Below are positions 20,535 to 30,579 of a stretch of DNA of 64,000 nt, piece after piece (within the stretch, counting starts at the first letter, position 1; every line of letters starts with the position of its first letter). The DNA lies in NCBI GenBank assembly GCA_963705305.1, contig OY970067.1, positions 2,144,001 to 2,208,000 of the forward strand, in the 5' to 3' direction. The notes under the pieces were generated by a model that made no database searches, was not told the origin of the DNA, and saw nothing but the letters and a program-made list of their open reading frames with translations. A program made the position numbers and the translations under genes. This stretch comes from an uncultured Methylomirabilota bacterium. Its GTDB lineage: Bacteria > Methylomirabilota > Methylomirabilia > Methylomirabilales > 2-02-FULL-66-22.

Positions 20535-20792
20535 ATGCGGATCGAGGTCGCCCTGTACGCGGGGCTCAGCCAGTATCTTCCGCCGGGGGCGCAGAACCGC
20601 CGAGCCGCGCTCGAGGTCCGGGATGGGGCCACCGTTCGGGAGGTCATGGATCAGCTCGGAATGCCGCCCGACATCCCGGGCATCCCCGTGGTCAACGGCA
20701 TGCGAGCGGAGGCGGATACGGTCCTGAAGGACGGCCAGGCCCTGGCCATCTTTCCGCCGCTGGCCGGAGGCGGTCCACGGCACCGGGGCTGA
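20535..20792 (+). CDS. MoaD/ThiS family sulfur carrier with C-terminal extension
   Basis: VVNG...LKDGQALAIFPPLAGG followed by GPRHRG. Confidence 0.85.
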   Translation: MRIEVALYAGLSQYLPPGAQNRRAALEVRDGATVREVMDQLGMPPDIPGIPVVNGMRAEADTVLKDGQALAIFPPLAGGGPRHRG

Positions 20793-20954
20793 CCCGTCCG
20801 GTCGTTCTCCCTGGGGAGGTGCCGGTCCGTCGAGGGCCAGGACCCGCGCCTGCCGGCCACCCGGCTTCCACCGCCGGAATCGGAGAGCGATCGACAGGTT
20901 CGACTCCGTACCTCACACCGGCCGCAAGGCGTACCATCGCATGGGGGAGGACCG

Positions 20955-22235
20955 ATGCCGTTCCGTCTGGGCATCATCGCCGATGACTTGACGGGAGCCA
21001 ACGATACCGGGGTGCAATTCGCCCGGCGGGGCGCGCGGACCATCGTGCCGCTGGACTTGCACGACTTGGGCTCCCTGGCGCGCAACACGGACGTGCTGGT
21101 GCTCAACACCGACAGCCGCGCCCTCTCGTCCCAGGCGGCGGCGCAGCGGGCCCGCGTGGCGGCCCAGGCTTTGCGCAAGGCCGGCGTCGAGACGATCTAC
21201 AAGAAGATCGACTCCACGTTTCGGGGAAACATCGGGGCTGAGCTGGATGCGATCCTGGACGTGTATCCGGCCCCCCTGGCCGTTCTTGTGCCGGCGTTTC
21301 CGCCCGCGCACCGGGCCGTGCGCGATGGGATCTTGACCGTCCGAGGCACGCCGGTCCATCGGACTTCCGTTGGCCGCGATCCCGTGGCGCCTATCCGGGA
21401 ATCGCATCTGCCCACCCTCCTGCGGCGCCAGCAGCGGCGTCCCGTGCATCATCTCTGCCTGGCGGTGCTGCGGGGCGGCATTGCCGAGGCCGGCCGCACC
21501 CTGCGCGAGTGGCGGGATGGGCCCGGGGGAATCGTGCTGGCGGACGCCGTGACCCCGCACGATCTCGCCCGGATCGCCCGCCTCATGGTCCGCGAGGAGT
21601 TGTGCCGGGTGACGGCGGGCTCTGCGGGCCTGGCGGCGGCCTTGAGCGGGATGCTCTCCTGGCCCCGGCGCCGTTCCGGTGCGCGGGTGGCGGTGAAAGA
21701 CCCGGTGTTGTTCGTTGTGGGATCTCCGAACCCGGTGAGCCTGGGACAGGTGGCCCGGCTGGAGACAGACGGCCGCGCCAGTGCCGTTCGGGTGATCATC
21801 CGTGAGGTTGTGGCCGGGCGGGACCGCTTTCGCCGCGAGCTGGATCGGGTCGTGGGGAAGCTCTCCGCCGAGCTTCTGGCCGGCCGGAACGCGATCCTGA
21901 CCCTGACCCAGCCGTCCTCCGTAGCCCGGCGGCGCAGCCTGCGGCCCTCGGCCAGCGGGACCCTGAGTGATTTCCTCGGGCAGGCGGCGCGGCAGGCCGC
22001 CCGCAGGAGCCGGCTGGGTGGGCTGGTCTTGTGCGGCGGCGACATCGCGACGGCAGCCTGTCGAGCTTTGGGGGCGGCCGGCATCGAGCTGGTGAGAGAA
22101 ATCGAGCCCGGCGTGCCGTGGGGCCGCCTGGTGGGCGGCGAGCTGCGGGGATTGCCCACGGTGACCAAGGCCGGCGGCTTCGGCGAGCCGGCCGCGTTTG
22201 TCAAGGCCCTCCGGTTCCTCCGTCGAGGAGCCTAG
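20955..22235 (+). CDS. Four-carbon acid sugar kinase (DUF1537, DtnK-like)
   Basis: IADDLTGANDTG, YKKIDSTFRGN, TKAGGFG. Confidence 0.92.
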   Translation: MPFRLGIIADDLTGANDTGVQFARRGARTIVPLDLHDLGSLARNTDVLVLNTDSRALSSQAAAQRARVAAQALRKAGVETIYKKIDSTFRGNIGAELDAILDVYPAPLAVLVPAFPPAHRAVRDGILTVRGTPVHRTSVGRDPVAPIRESHLPTLLRRQQRRPVHHLCLAVLRGGIAEAGRTLREWRDGPGGIVLADAVTPHDLARIARLMVREELCRVTAGSAGLAAALSGMLSWPRRRSGARVAVKDPVLFVVGSPNPVSLGQVARLETDGRASAVRVIIREVVAGRDRFRRELDRVVGKLSAELLAGRNAILTLTQPSSVARRRSLRPSASGTLSDFLGQAARQAARRSRLGGLVLCGGDIATAACRALGAAGIELVREIEPGVPWGRLVGGELRGLPTVTKAGGFGEPAAFVKALRFLRRGA

Positions 22236-22476
22236 TCCTAATCTGAAGATATCTCACCGCCATTCTGGACGATTTCTTGCTTGACACAGAGCCCTGTTCG
22301 GAATACATGTGAAATCTGAAATTTCTCCTATCCCGGACGCTCGGCAAGCGGTTCCATCCCGGCCTCGAAAGGCGTCGGCAATGCCGCGAGCGCGTACCGC
22401 CCACCCACCGACCGTTGCCTTTCCGAGACTTCCACCGGGCCCGGCGGGTGGATGGCAGCTTCTCGCGGGTAGCCCG

Positions 22477-23154
22477 GTGTCCCTCGCGATCCAGCACGAA
22501 AATCTCGAAGACAAGATCTACACCCGCCTCCGCGCCCTCATCGGCAGCCGCCGTATCCTGCCGGGAGAGCGCATTCTCCTGGACCAGCTGGCGCGTAGGA
22601 TGGGTGTGAGCCGGACGCCCGTGTTGAATGCGTTGAAGCGCCTGGCGCAGGAGCGGCTGGTCGAGCTGCTGCCTCGCCGAGGGATCTATGTCCGGCGCTT
22701 CACCAAGCGGGAGATGGCCCGACTGTTCCGGGTTCGCGAGGCGCTGGAGGGGCTGTCGGCCCGCCTGGCAGCGACGCGGATCGAGCGGGCCGACACGGAT
22801 CGGCTGGCGGAGCTCTTTCGGGGATTCGAGGGAAAGCTGACCCCGGCCCTGATCCGGCGCTACGTGGAACGGGACCGGCGTTTCCACTGGCGGCTGGTGG
22901 AGATCGCTGGAAACGAGCATCTGGCCGCGGCCATGGACTCGGTGAACATGATGTTCTTCGTGTACCAAGACGGGCTGGTGCGGCCCCCCGTGGAGACGCT
23001 TCCCGAGCACCGGGCCATTCTGCAGGCGCTGCGCCAGCGGGACCCGGAGGCCAGCGAGGCAGCCATGCGGCTGCATGTCCGGCGGTCGGTGGAGCGGCTG
23101 GAGCAGGAGGCGGACATGGAGGAAGCCGAGGTTGCGCAATCCCAAAACCGCTGA
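22477..23154 (+). CDS. GntR family transcriptional regulator, FCD domain (start uncertain)
   Basis: LPGERI...GVSRTPVLNALKRL wHTH; DRRFH, EHRAIL. Confidence 0.88.
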   Translation: MSLAIQHENLEDKIYTRLRALIGSRRILPGERILLDQLARRMGVSRTPVLNALKRLAQERLVELLPRRGIYVRRFTKREMARLFRVREALEGLSARLAATRIERADTDRLAELFRGFEGKLTPALIRRYVERDRRFHWRLVEIAGNEHLAAAMDSVNMMFFVYQDGLVRPPVETLPEHRAILQALRQRDPEASEAAMRLHVRRSVERLEQEADMEEAEVAQSQNR

Positions 23155-23244
23155 ACGGGAAGGAGGGCGCACGGACGGGAAATCGGCGGGAACGTCATCG
23201 CGAGCGCACCCAGTGTGCGGCACATCCGGAATGGGAGGTGAATC

Positions 23245-24573
23245 GTGAACAGGAAGCGACGGCAGGAGGCGCAGGGCGGACTCGGGCGCCGAGCCTTCCT
23301 CAAGGGCACGGTCGTGGCCGCAGGCGCGGCGGCTCTGGGGGGCATTCCCGGCATCGTGCGGGCGGCCCAGGCGCCGGCGTATGCCAAGGGGACCAAGCTG
23401 CACATGCTGCAGCAGATCAACTTCGTCCCGGCGGGGGACAAGGTGTTCGTCGCGCAGGCGGCGGAGTTCGGCAAGCAGATGGGGGTGGATGTCCAGGTCG
23501 AGCTCATCGGGCAGAACGACGTCCCCACCCGAACCACTTCGGCGGTCGAGATGAAGTCCGGCCCCGACATCATCCTGATCCAGAACAACTTTCCTCTCCT
23601 GATTGCCGACAGCCTGGTGGACGTGAGCGACGTGGCCGAGGCGCTGGGCAAGGCGCAGGGCGGATTCTACGGATTGGCCAAGGCCAACGCGTTTGCCGGG
23701 GGCCGCTGGATCGGGGTCCCGCACGACGTGTACGCGTGGGCCTGGAATTACCGCGAGTCGTGGCTGCGCGAGGTGGGCTATTACAAGTTCCCGGAGACCT
23801 GGGACGAGTTCCGGGCCATGGGGAAGAAGCTGAAGGCCAACGGGCATCCGGTCGGCCAGGCCTTCGGCCACAGCACCAACGACCCCAATAACTACTGCTA
23901 TGCCCTCATCTGGTGCTTCGGCGGTGCGGAGACGGCCAAGGACGGCAAGACCGTGGTCCTGGATAGGAAGGGCACCCTGGAGGCGCTCAAGCTCAATACG
24001 GCCATGTGGAAGGAGTGCATGGATGATAGCGGGCTCTCCTGGGACGATGCCTCGAACAACCGGGCTTTCCTGGCGGGCTCCATCTCTGTGACCGGCAACT
24101 CGCCCAGCATCTACTTCGTGGCGCGCGACAAGTTCCCGGATGTCTATGCCGACATGGACCACGCCCCTATGCCCAATGGGCCGGCGGGCCGCTTCTATCA
24201 GCTGCCCGCCTATACCAGCATCGTGATGAAGTACTCCAAGAACCAGAAGCTGGCCAAGGAGTTCATCGCCTGGTACATGGCCAAAGAGCAGTATCGGACG
24301 TGGTTCGAGGCCATGGGGACGTTTTCGATTCCTCCGACGAAGATGTGGTACGATGATCCGCTCTGGGTGCGTGATCGCAAGTGCACCGTCTTTCGCGATG
24401 TGATCAAAGACTCCCTTTGGGCGGGCTATGCCGGACCTCCCAGCCGGCAGGCCTCAGAGGCCATGGCCAAGTACATCATCGTGGATATGTTCGCCAAGGC
24501 CATCCAGGGCGCCTCGCCGCAGGACGCCTTGAAGTGGGCCACCGGAGAGCTGAAGAAGATCTACAGCGCCTGA
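23245..24573 (+). CDS. Carbohydrate ABC transporter substrate-binding protein (Tat-exported), paralog 1
   Basis: GRRAFLK twin-arginine; WDDASNNRAFLAG. Confidence 0.9.
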   Translation: MNRKRRQEAQGGLGRRAFLKGTVVAAGAAALGGIPGIVRAAQAPAYAKGTKLHMLQQINFVPAGDKVFVAQAAEFGKQMGVDVQVELIGQNDVPTRTTSAVEMKSGPDIILIQNNFPLLIADSLVDVSDVAEALGKAQGGFYGLAKANAFAGGRWIGVPHDVYAWAWNYRESWLREVGYYKFPETWDEFRAMGKKLKANGHPVGQAFGHSTNDPNNYCYALIWCFGGAETAKDGKTVVLDRKGTLEALKLNTAMWKECMDDSGLSWDDASNNRAFLAGSISVTGNSPSIYFVARDKFPDVYADMDHAPMPNGPAGRFYQLPAYTSIVMKYSKNQKLAKEFIAWYMAKEQYRTWFEAMGTFSIPPTKMWYDDPLWVRDRKCTVFRDVIKDSLWAGYAGPPSRQASEAMAKYIIVDMFAKAIQGASPQDALKWATGELKKIYSA

Positions 24574-24780
24574 GCATGCCTCCTCCGGCCCGGGGGCCGC
24601 TTCCGGCGCCCCTGGGCCGGAGATTGTGTCGTCTGATCGAGCGGGGCGCGTGCCTGCCCCGGTTGCGGGTGTCGCGGACCGGGATCCGGCGAAGCCCGAT
24701 GCCCCGGATCGGCCGGGCAGCGGGCCCGTGCGGTGTCCCTGCTTGCGACGCCGGCGCCATCCCCTTCATGGAGGACCAGA

Positions 24781-26124
24781 ATGAATCTGCATCGCTTTCT
24801 GCAGGAACGAGCTGAGGCCAAGCACCCCATCCGCGTCGGCCTGATCGGCGCCGGGAAGTTCGGAACGATGTTTCTGGCGCAGGCCCGGTTCACCCCCGGG
24901 ATCCACGTCCTGGGCATCGCCGACCTGAATGTCGAGCGCGCCCGCGAATCCTGCCGGCGCGTCGGCCTGCCGGCTGAACGATATGGGGCTCCGTCCTTCG
25001 CGGCGGCGCTGAAGTCCGGCGGGACCCACATCACCAATGACGCCATGGCCCTCATCGCCGCCGACGGGCTGGACATCGTGGTGGAGGCCACCGGCGTTCC
25101 GCCCGCCGGCATCCGGCATGCCCTGGCCGCGATCGCCCACCGGCGGCATCTCATCATGGTGTGCGTCGAGGCCAACGTCGTGGCCGGCCCCTTGCTGGCC
25201 AGGCGGGCGAAGGAGGCAGGGCTGATCTACTCCCTGGCCTACGGGGACCAGCCGGCCATCATCTGCGAGCTGGTGGACTGGGCCAGAACCTGCGGTTTCC
25301 CTGTCGTGTGCGCCGGGAAGGGGACCCGCTACCACCCGGACTTTCACGCCTCCACGCCCGAGACCGTCTGGGAGAACTTCGGCTGGAGCGCCGAGACCGC
25401 GGCCAAGGCCGGAGCCAACCCCAAGATGTTCAACTCGTTCATCGACGGGACCAAGTCGGGCATCGAGATGACCGCCGTGTGCAACGCCACCGGCCTCGTC
25501 CCGCCGCCGGACGGACTCGGATTTCCGCCGGTGTCGGCCGTCGAGGTAGCGAAGCATCTGAAACCCAGGGAGGCGGGCGGGGTCCTGCACCATGCGGGGA
25601 CCGTGGAAGTCATCTCCAGCCTGAACCGGGACCGCACGCCTGTTCCGGGGCACCTCCAGATGGGCGTGTACGTGACCTACGAGGCGCCGTCCGCCTACAC
25701 CCAGGGCTGCTTCAACGAGTACTGGCTCCTCCCCGACGAGACGGGCAAGTACGCCGGGCTGTACCGGCCGCTCCACCTGATCGGCCTCGAGCTCGGGGTC
25801 AGCGTGGCCTCCATCATGGGGCGCGGCGAGCCCACGGGCTCCCCCGTCGGGTGGCATGCCGACGTGGTGGCCACGGCCAAGCGCGACCTCAAGGCGGGAG
25901 AGGTGCTCGACGGGGAGGGCGGCTATATGGTCTGGGGGAAGATCATGCCCGCCGCCACGTCGCTGGCCAAGAAGGGTCTCCCGCTGGGCCTGGCCCACAT
26001 GAAGCTGGTGCGTCCGGTGGCAAAAGGCCAGCTCGTCACCTGGGCCGACGTCGAGGCGGATGCCAAGGATCCCACCGTGGCTTTCCGGCAGGAGATGGAA
26101 AAGGAGTTTGCCCCGAAGCGGTAG
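24781..26124 (+). CDS. Homoserine dehydrogenase-like NAD(P)-dependent oxidoreductase with C-terminal SAF domain (COG4091-like)
   Basis: VGLIGAGKFG, YGDQP, DGTKS, AKRDLKAGEVLDGEGG. Confidence 0.88.
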   Translation: MNLHRFLQERAEAKHPIRVGLIGAGKFGTMFLAQARFTPGIHVLGIADLNVERARESCRRVGLPAERYGAPSFAAALKSGGTHITNDAMALIAADGLDIVVEATGVPPAGIRHALAAIAHRRHLIMVCVEANVVAGPLLARRAKEAGLIYSLAYGDQPAIICELVDWARTCGFPVVCAGKGTRYHPDFHASTPETVWENFGWSAETAAKAGANPKMFNSFIDGTKSGIEMTAVCNATGLVPPPDGLGFPPVSAVEVAKHLKPREAGGVLHHAGTVEVISSLNRDRTPVPGHLQMGVYVTYEAPSAYTQGCFNEYWLLPDETGKYAGLYRPLHLIGLELGVSVASIMGRGEPTGSPVGWHADVVATAKRDLKAGEVLDGEGGYMVWGKIMPAATSLAKKGLPLGLAHMKLVRPVAKGQLVTWADVEADAKDPTVAFRQEMEKEFAPKR

Positions 26125-26263
26125 CGGCGGGACCGAGGGCCGGCGGAGAGGGTGAAGCCGGCACGGGATGGAGGACGCAAGGGGAGTGACGGGAGAAGAG
26201 CGAGCAGGGGGATCGTGCAGCGGCTGGAAACGACGTCCCGTTCGGGAACAGGAGGAGGATGTC

Positions 26264-27601
26264 ATGAGCAGAGACCGAGGCCAGAAGAATGCCAGGGGCT
26301 GGGGGGCCATTCCGCGACGGACCTTCCTGAAAGGGGCCGCCGCAGTCACGGGCGCGGCAAGTCTCGGGGGCATCCCGGGGATCGTGGCGGCGGCCACGGC
26401 TCCGGCCTACCCCAAGGGGACGAAGCTGCACCTCCTCACCCGCATCAACTTCATCCCTGCCGGGGACACGCTGTTTCTGGCGCAGGGCGAGGAGTTCGGG
26501 AAGCAGATGGGGGTCGAGGTCCAGATCGAGCGGATCGGGGAGAACGACATCCAGACCCGTGCGGCGGCCGCGATCATGTCCCAGTCGGGGCCCGACATCG
26601 TCATGTTCCAAAACAACTACCCCCACCTCATGGCCAACGGCCTGGCGGACGTGAGCGACCTCGCCGAGGCCGTCGGGAAGACCCAGGGTGGCTACTGGGA
26701 CCTCTCCAAAGCCAACGCCTACGTCGGCACGCGATGGCTGGCGGTGCCCTACGGCGTTCTCTCCAACACCATGAACTACCGCGAGGACTGGCTGAAGGAG
26801 GCCGGCTTCAACACGTTCCCGGACACCTACGAGGAGCTGCGGGAGGTCGGGAAGAAGCTGAAGAGCATGGGGCACCCGGTGGGGCAGTGCTTCGGCCACA
26901 GCGTGAACGACCCCAACTCCTGGTGCTACCCCTTTGTGTGGGCCTACGGCGGCTACGAGGTGGAGAGGAACGGCAAGACGGTGGCCCTGGACAAGAAGGG
27001 GACCCTGGAGGCGATCAAGCTGAACACGGCCATGTGGAAGGACTGCTTCGACGAGGGCGGGCTGTCCTGGGATGATGCCAGCAACAACCGGGCTTTCCTG
27101 GCGGGAAGCATCTCGATCACCAACAACGGCGCCAGCATCTACTTCGTCGCCAAGGAGAAGTTCCCGGACATTGCCAAGGCCATGAACCACGCCCCCAATC
27201 CCCGCGGGCCGGCCGGCCGCTTCTACCACATGGCGACCCACAGCAGCGCGGTGATGAAGTACTCCAAGAACCAGAAGCTGGCCAAGGAGTTCATCCGCTG
27301 GTACATGGACAAGAAACAGTATGAGCCCTGGTTCATCGCCATGTCCAGCTACATGATCCCGCCGACCAAGGTGTGGTTCGACCACCCCGCCTGGACGACG
27401 GACCCGAAGCTGACGCCTTTCAGGGACACCATCAAGGACGCCCGGCACCTGGGGTACGCCGGACCGCCCAGCGCCAAGGCCTCCGAGGCGCTGGCCAAGT
27501 ACATCATCGTGGACATGTTCACCAAGGCCATCCAGGGGACGGCGCCGGAACAGTCGCTGGCGTGGGCCGCCGGCGAGCTGAAGAAGATCTACGGCGCCTG
27601 A
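26264..27601 (+). CDS. Carbohydrate ABC transporter substrate-binding protein (Tat-exported), paralog 2
   Basis: PRRTFLK; long identical blocks shared with paralog 1; RBS AGGAGG. Confidence 0.9.
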   Translation: MSRDRGQKNARGWGAIPRRTFLKGAAAVTGAASLGGIPGIVAAATAPAYPKGTKLHLLTRINFIPAGDTLFLAQGEEFGKQMGVEVQIERIGENDIQTRAAAAIMSQSGPDIVMFQNNYPHLMANGLADVSDLAEAVGKTQGGYWDLSKANAYVGTRWLAVPYGVLSNTMNYREDWLKEAGFNTFPDTYEELREVGKKLKSMGHPVGQCFGHSVNDPNSWCYPFVWAYGGYEVERNGKTVALDKKGTLEAIKLNTAMWKDCFDEGGLSWDDASNNRAFLAGSISITNNGASIYFVAKEKFPDIAKAMNHAPNPRGPAGRFYHMATHSSAVMKYSKNQKLAKEFIRWYMDKKQYEPWFIAMSSYMIPPTKVWFDHPAWTTDPKLTPFRDTIKDARHLGYAGPPSAKASEALAKYIIVDMFTKAIQGTAPEQSLAWAAGELKKIYGA

Positions 27602-27686
27602 GGACGGGACGGCTCCGGCCCAGGGGTCACGCACGCGGCCCCCGGGCCGGCTTTCACCAATTTCTCTCCCAGGGGAGATCGTATCT

Positions 27687-28667
27687 GTGGTCGAATCCGG
27701 ACGCAGCGCCAGCTCGGTATCGCGCGCCAGGTCGGGCCTCTCCGTAGGTTCCGCGCTCCGACGGCTGCGCACCGCCAGCGCGACGGAGCGGCGGGAGTGG
27801 CTGCTCGCCTTTTGCCTGCTCCTACCCGCCTGCATCATGCTGGCCCTCTTCGTGGCCTACCCGTTCGTCCGGGGGATCTGGCTCGGCTTTACCAATACGG
27901 TGGTGGGACAGGCGGGCACCTTCATCGGCCTGCAGAACTACGTGACGCTCTGGCACGACGACATCTTCCGGCGCGCAGCGACCAATACCTTCGTCTACAC
28001 GGGCGTTGCGACCGTCCTGAAGCTGGCGCTGGGGATGGTCGTCGCCCTGATGATGAATAACCTCCTGGGCTTCAAGCGGCTCCTGCGGGCCTCCATGCTG
28101 CTCCCCTGGATCGTGCCAACCGTCCTCTCGGCTCTGGCCTGGAAATGGATGTTCGACCCCACCTTCAGCATCCTGAACTGGATCATGTACCGGTTGGATT
28201 TGATCCGATTCCGGGTGGACTGGCTGGGCGGGCCCATCACCGCCATGACCTCGGTCATCCTGGTCAACGTCTGGCGGGGGATGCCCTTCTTCGCCATCAC
28301 GCTCTTGGCGGGGCTGCAGACCGTCAATCCCGACGTGCTGGAGGCCGCCGCCATCGACGGGGCGACGGCCTGGCAGCGCTTCTGGAAGGTGACCTGGCCG
28401 CTCCTGATGCCGGTTACCATGGTGGTGGTTCTGTTCTCCGTCATCATGACGTTCGCCGACTTCCAATTGGTCTACATCCTCACCGGCGGCGGCCCGGCCA
28501 ACAGCACCCATCTGTTCGCCACCTACGCGTACCAGCTCGGCATTGCCACGGCCAAGCTCGGCGAGGGGGCCGCGGCGTCGCTGGCAATGTTCCCGTTCCT
28601 CTTCCTGGTGGTGCTGTTCCAGCTCTGGTACGTCCGCCGCGGCGAAGGCGGCAAGGGAGGCGCCTGA
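27687..28667 (+). CDS. Carbohydrate ABC transporter permease (MalF/UgpA-like)
   Basis: EAAAIDGA EAA motif; GLQNY; TM segments. Confidence 0.92.
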   Translation: MVESGRSASSVSRARSGLSVGSALRRLRTASATERREWLLAFCLLLPACIMLALFVAYPFVRGIWLGFTNTVVGQAGTFIGLQNYVTLWHDDIFRRAATNTFVYTGVATVLKLALGMVVALMMNNLLGFKRLLRASMLLPWIVPTVLSALAWKWMFDPTFSILNWIMYRLDLIRFRVDWLGGPITAMTSVILVNVWRGMPFFAITLLAGLQTVNPDVLEAAAIDGATAWQRFWKVTWPLLMPVTMVVVLFSVIMTFADFQLVYILTGGGPANSTHLFATYAYQLGIATAKLGEGAAASLAMFPFLFLVVLFQLWYVRRGEGGKGGA

Positions 28668-29524
28668 TGGCAGCGGTGAGCGGGGCGCGGTGGCGGCGCT
28701 GGGTGGGCCTTTATCTCCCCCTCGGGGGGGTGATGGTCTTCACCCTGTTCCCTTTCTACTACATGGCCCTGACCGCCATCCGGCCGGATCGGGAGATGTA
28801 CATCCCCTGGAACCGGCCGAACTTCTCCCCCTTCTGGACCCTCCACCCGACGTTTGACAACATCGCCCTGCTCTTCCGCGAGACCCTGTTCGCGCGCTGG
28901 CTGCTCAACACGCTGATGATCGCCACCATGTCCACGATCATCTCCCTGTTTTGCGGGCTGCTGGCCGCGTATGCATTGGTGCGGCTCCGCTTCCCGGGCG
29001 GCGGCGCGCTGGGGACCGGAATCTTCGTCACCTACCTGGTGCCCCAGACCCTCCTCTTCATTCCGTTGGGGGACGTCATCCGGACCTTTCACCTGGCCGA
29101 TACGCCCTGGTCGCTGATCCTGACGTACCCCACGTTTCTTATTCCCTTCTGCACCTGGCTGATGATGGGGTATTTCCGAACCATTCCCAAAGAGCTGGAG
29201 GAGTGCGCCCAGATCGACGGGGCGACCCGCCTCCAGGCCATGGTGCGGATCATCTTTCCGGTGGCCATGCCGGGGATCCTCTCGGCGGGCATCTTTGCCT
29301 TCACCCTCTCCTGGAACGAATTTCTCTACGCCCTGGTGTTCCTCTCCAGCGCCAGCCAGAAGACGATCCCCGTCGGCGTCGTGAGCGAGCTGGTCCGCGG
29401 GGACACCTTCTACTGGGGCCCCATGATGGCCGGCGCCCTCCTGGGGTCGGTCCCGGTGGCCTTCATCTACTCCTTCTTCGTGGAGCAGTACGTCAGCGCC
29501 ATGACCGGGGCGGTGAAGGGCTAA
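28667..29524 (+). CDS. Carbohydrate ABC transporter permease (MalG/UgpE-like)
   Basis: IPKELEECAQIDGA, WNEFLYA, C-terminal GAVKG; TGATG overlap with the previous gene. Confidence 0.92.
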   Translation: MAAVSGARWRRWVGLYLPLGGVMVFTLFPFYYMALTAIRPDREMYIPWNRPNFSPFWTLHPTFDNIALLFRETLFARWLLNTLMIATMSTIISLFCGLLAAYALVRLRFPGGGALGTGIFVTYLVPQTLLFIPLGDVIRTFHLADTPWSLILTYPTFLIPFCTWLMMGYFRTIPKELEECAQIDGATRLQAMVRIIFPVAMPGILSAGIFAFTLSWNEFLYALVFLSSASQKTIPVGVVSELVRGDTFYWGPMMAGALLGSVPVAFIYSFFVEQYVSAMTGAVKG

Positions 29525-29691
29525 ATCGAAGGCGCCGGCGGCCTTTCCTCCCCCACCATTGCACGTGCAATCGTCCGCGAAATCGTCCGAGCGGCAGCCC
29601 CTCCGGGGGCTGCCGGTTGACAGGCGTGCCGGGCTGGTATGTAATCGCTTCGCCTTCTGGTACCCTCGAAGAGACGGACAAGGAGTGCGTC

Positions 29692-30456
29692 ATGAGTCTT
29701 GCTGGGCGGGTGGCAGTCGTCACGGGTGTGACGAGCGAGATCGGCTGTGCGACGGCGTTGCGACTGGCGGCCGACGGGGCCGCCGTGGCGGTCACAGGCC
29801 AGACCGCCGCCAAGCTGGAAACGGTCATCGCAGACCTGCGGAAGGCGGGCGCCACGTTTCATGCCAAAGCGCTTGACCTGTCGAGGGCCGAGACGGTGGA
29901 CGCGTTTTTCGGGGAGGTGGCACAAACGCTCGGGCCGGTAGACATCCTCGTGAACGCCGCGGCCTGGCGGCAGCGCCAGCACTTTCTGGAGACCTCGCAC
30001 GCCGACTGGCGGCGGACGTTCGAGGTGTGCGTGGACAGCTACTTCCTCTGCAGCCAGGCGGCGGCCAGGCAAATGGCCCTGCGAAAATGGGGACGGATCA
30101 TCCACATCGGCTCGATTGCGGGCTCGGTGCTCATGGTTCCCTTCACGGCCTACACGGCTGCCAAAGGCGCAGTCCACGCGCTGGCGAAGGCCATGGCCGT
30201 GGATCTGGCCCCCCTGGGCATCACGGTGAACGTCGTCGCCCCGGGGGTCGTGGAAACGCGATACACCCTGACCAACCTCACGCCGAAGCAGATCGAGAAG
30301 CGGATGGACAGGATTCCAACCGGGCGCCTGGCCTCGCCGGAGGACTGCGCCGCCGCCGTGGCCCACCTCGCCTCGCCCGACATGGGCTACGTCACGGGCC
30401 AGGTTCTCTACGTGGACGGCGGCTTCCTGAGCGCGGGCGTGATCGCCAGGGAGTGA
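29692..30456 (+). CDS. SDR family oxidoreductase
   Basis: VTGVTSEIG, DILVNAA, YTAAK. Confidence 0.9.
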   Translation: MSLAGRVAVVTGVTSEIGCATALRLAADGAAVAVTGQTAAKLETVIADLRKAGATFHAKALDLSRAETVDAFFGEVAQTLGPVDILVNAAAWRQRQHFLETSHADWRRTFEVCVDSYFLCSQAAARQMALRKWGRIIHIGSIAGSVLMVPFTAYTAAKGAVHALAKAMAVDLAPLGITVNVVAPGVVETRYTLTNLTPKQIEKRMDRIPTGRLASPEDCAAAVAHLASPDMGYVTGQVLYVDGGFLSAGVIARE

Positions 30457-30467
30457 CGGGAATGGAA

Positions 30468-30528
30468 AACTGACAACCGACAATGAAAGACCGGTCAATT
30501 GGGTTGGTCGGTTGTCAGATGTCGGTTG
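30468..30528. repeat. Inverted arrays of 7-bp repeats with no enclosed gene
   Basis: AACTGAC AACCGAC on the left; GTCGGTT GTCAGAT GTCGGTT on the right; perfect 12-bp IR 30470-30481/30507-30518. Confidence 0.7.
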
Positions 30529-30579
30529 CCCGTACTTCATTGTGGCATGTCGTACTGGAGGGGAGAGGAGGACTTTCGC

